From positions 1-53,396 of the forward strand of contig CAZOKW010000003.1 in NCBI GenBank assembly GCA_964580765.1: 53,396 bases of DNA, written 5' to 3'. Position 1 is the first letter of the stretch, and each line of letters opens with the position of its first letter. Origin of the DNA: an uncultured Candidatus Saccharibacteria bacterium (lineage in GTDB: Bacteria; Patescibacteriota; Minisyncoccia; 2-02-FULL-40-12; IGHO2-12-FULL-4). The position numbers and the translations under genes were made by a program. Of the stretch, positions 53,337 through 53,396 are shown one piece after another. Under the pieces are notes generated by a model, which did no database searches, was not told the origin of the DNA, and worked only from the letters and a program-made list of their open reading frames with translations.

Positions 53337-53396
53337 TGAAGTTAATTGTTAAAAGGGTTTTTAAACCCTGACTTTCTTACTTATATTATACTAAAT

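Noticed and set aside
1-53396. tRNA, rRNA, tmRNA, RNase P RNA, SRP RNA and CRISPR arrays
   Set aside because: I scanned the intergenic regions by eye for T-arm GTTCGAATC-like motifs, CCA ends, and regularly spaced direct repeats with unique spacers. None was found. The abundant repeats are dispersed palindromes, not arrays. The 51565-51727 element lacks the SRP domain-IV and RNase P P4 consensus strings. A computational scan (tRNAscan-SE, Infernal) is still needed.

Overview
This window is about 40% GC and looks like a small-genome bacterium, possibly a Patescibacteria/CPR-like lineage; that lineage call is inference from composition and gene content only. All identifications below come from reading the translations and the DNA by eye; no searches were run.

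Gene content, in order: a MoxR/CbbQ-like AAA+ ATPase plus VWA partner, a compact alaS, the tail of the ribosomal alpha operon (infA-rpmJ-rpsM-rpsK-rpsD-rpoA-rplQ) followed by rplM-rpsI, then mreB. A cell-envelope glycan cluster follows: GT4, GT2, GT4, an O-antigen-ligase-like protein, GT2, an LCP ligase, GT2 and ctpA. After that come rplI, rpmA, an accessory patch of hypothetical proteins with a Cas4-like PD-(D/E)XK nuclease, an acyl-CoA ligase, ndh, an M23 peptidase, gltX, def-fmt, znuCB-like ABC genes and efp. A minus-strand heat-shock operon follows (CIRCE-hrcA-clpB-membrane protein-DnaJ-CTD-like-membrane protein), then mntH, cysS, a GC-rich flotillin, dnaB, recR, rplU and a GC-rich stand-alone Clp-D2-like AAA+ ATPase. 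No tRNA, rRNA or CRISPR array was recognised.

The most unusual content is non-coding and repetitive. At least four families of short palindromic (MITE/RPE-like) elements are dispersed through the window, and several copies sit in-frame inside conserved genes (gltX, glycosyltransferases, the O-antigen ligase, the M23 peptidase, a Cas4-like nuclease). A roughly 190-260 nt element with 5'/3' end complementarity occurs three times, each directly upstream of an unrelated gene (GT4, fmt, dnaB). A covarying hairpin family occupies five intergenic spacers, and several further TIR-flanked MITE-like elements were seen.

Other notable points are two gene-sized GC-rich (about 55-62%) islands, a heptanucleotide simple-sequence repeat inside a GT2 gene, an rpoA lacking a canonical alpha-CTD, and a clpB with a ClpX-like zinc-ribbon N-terminus.
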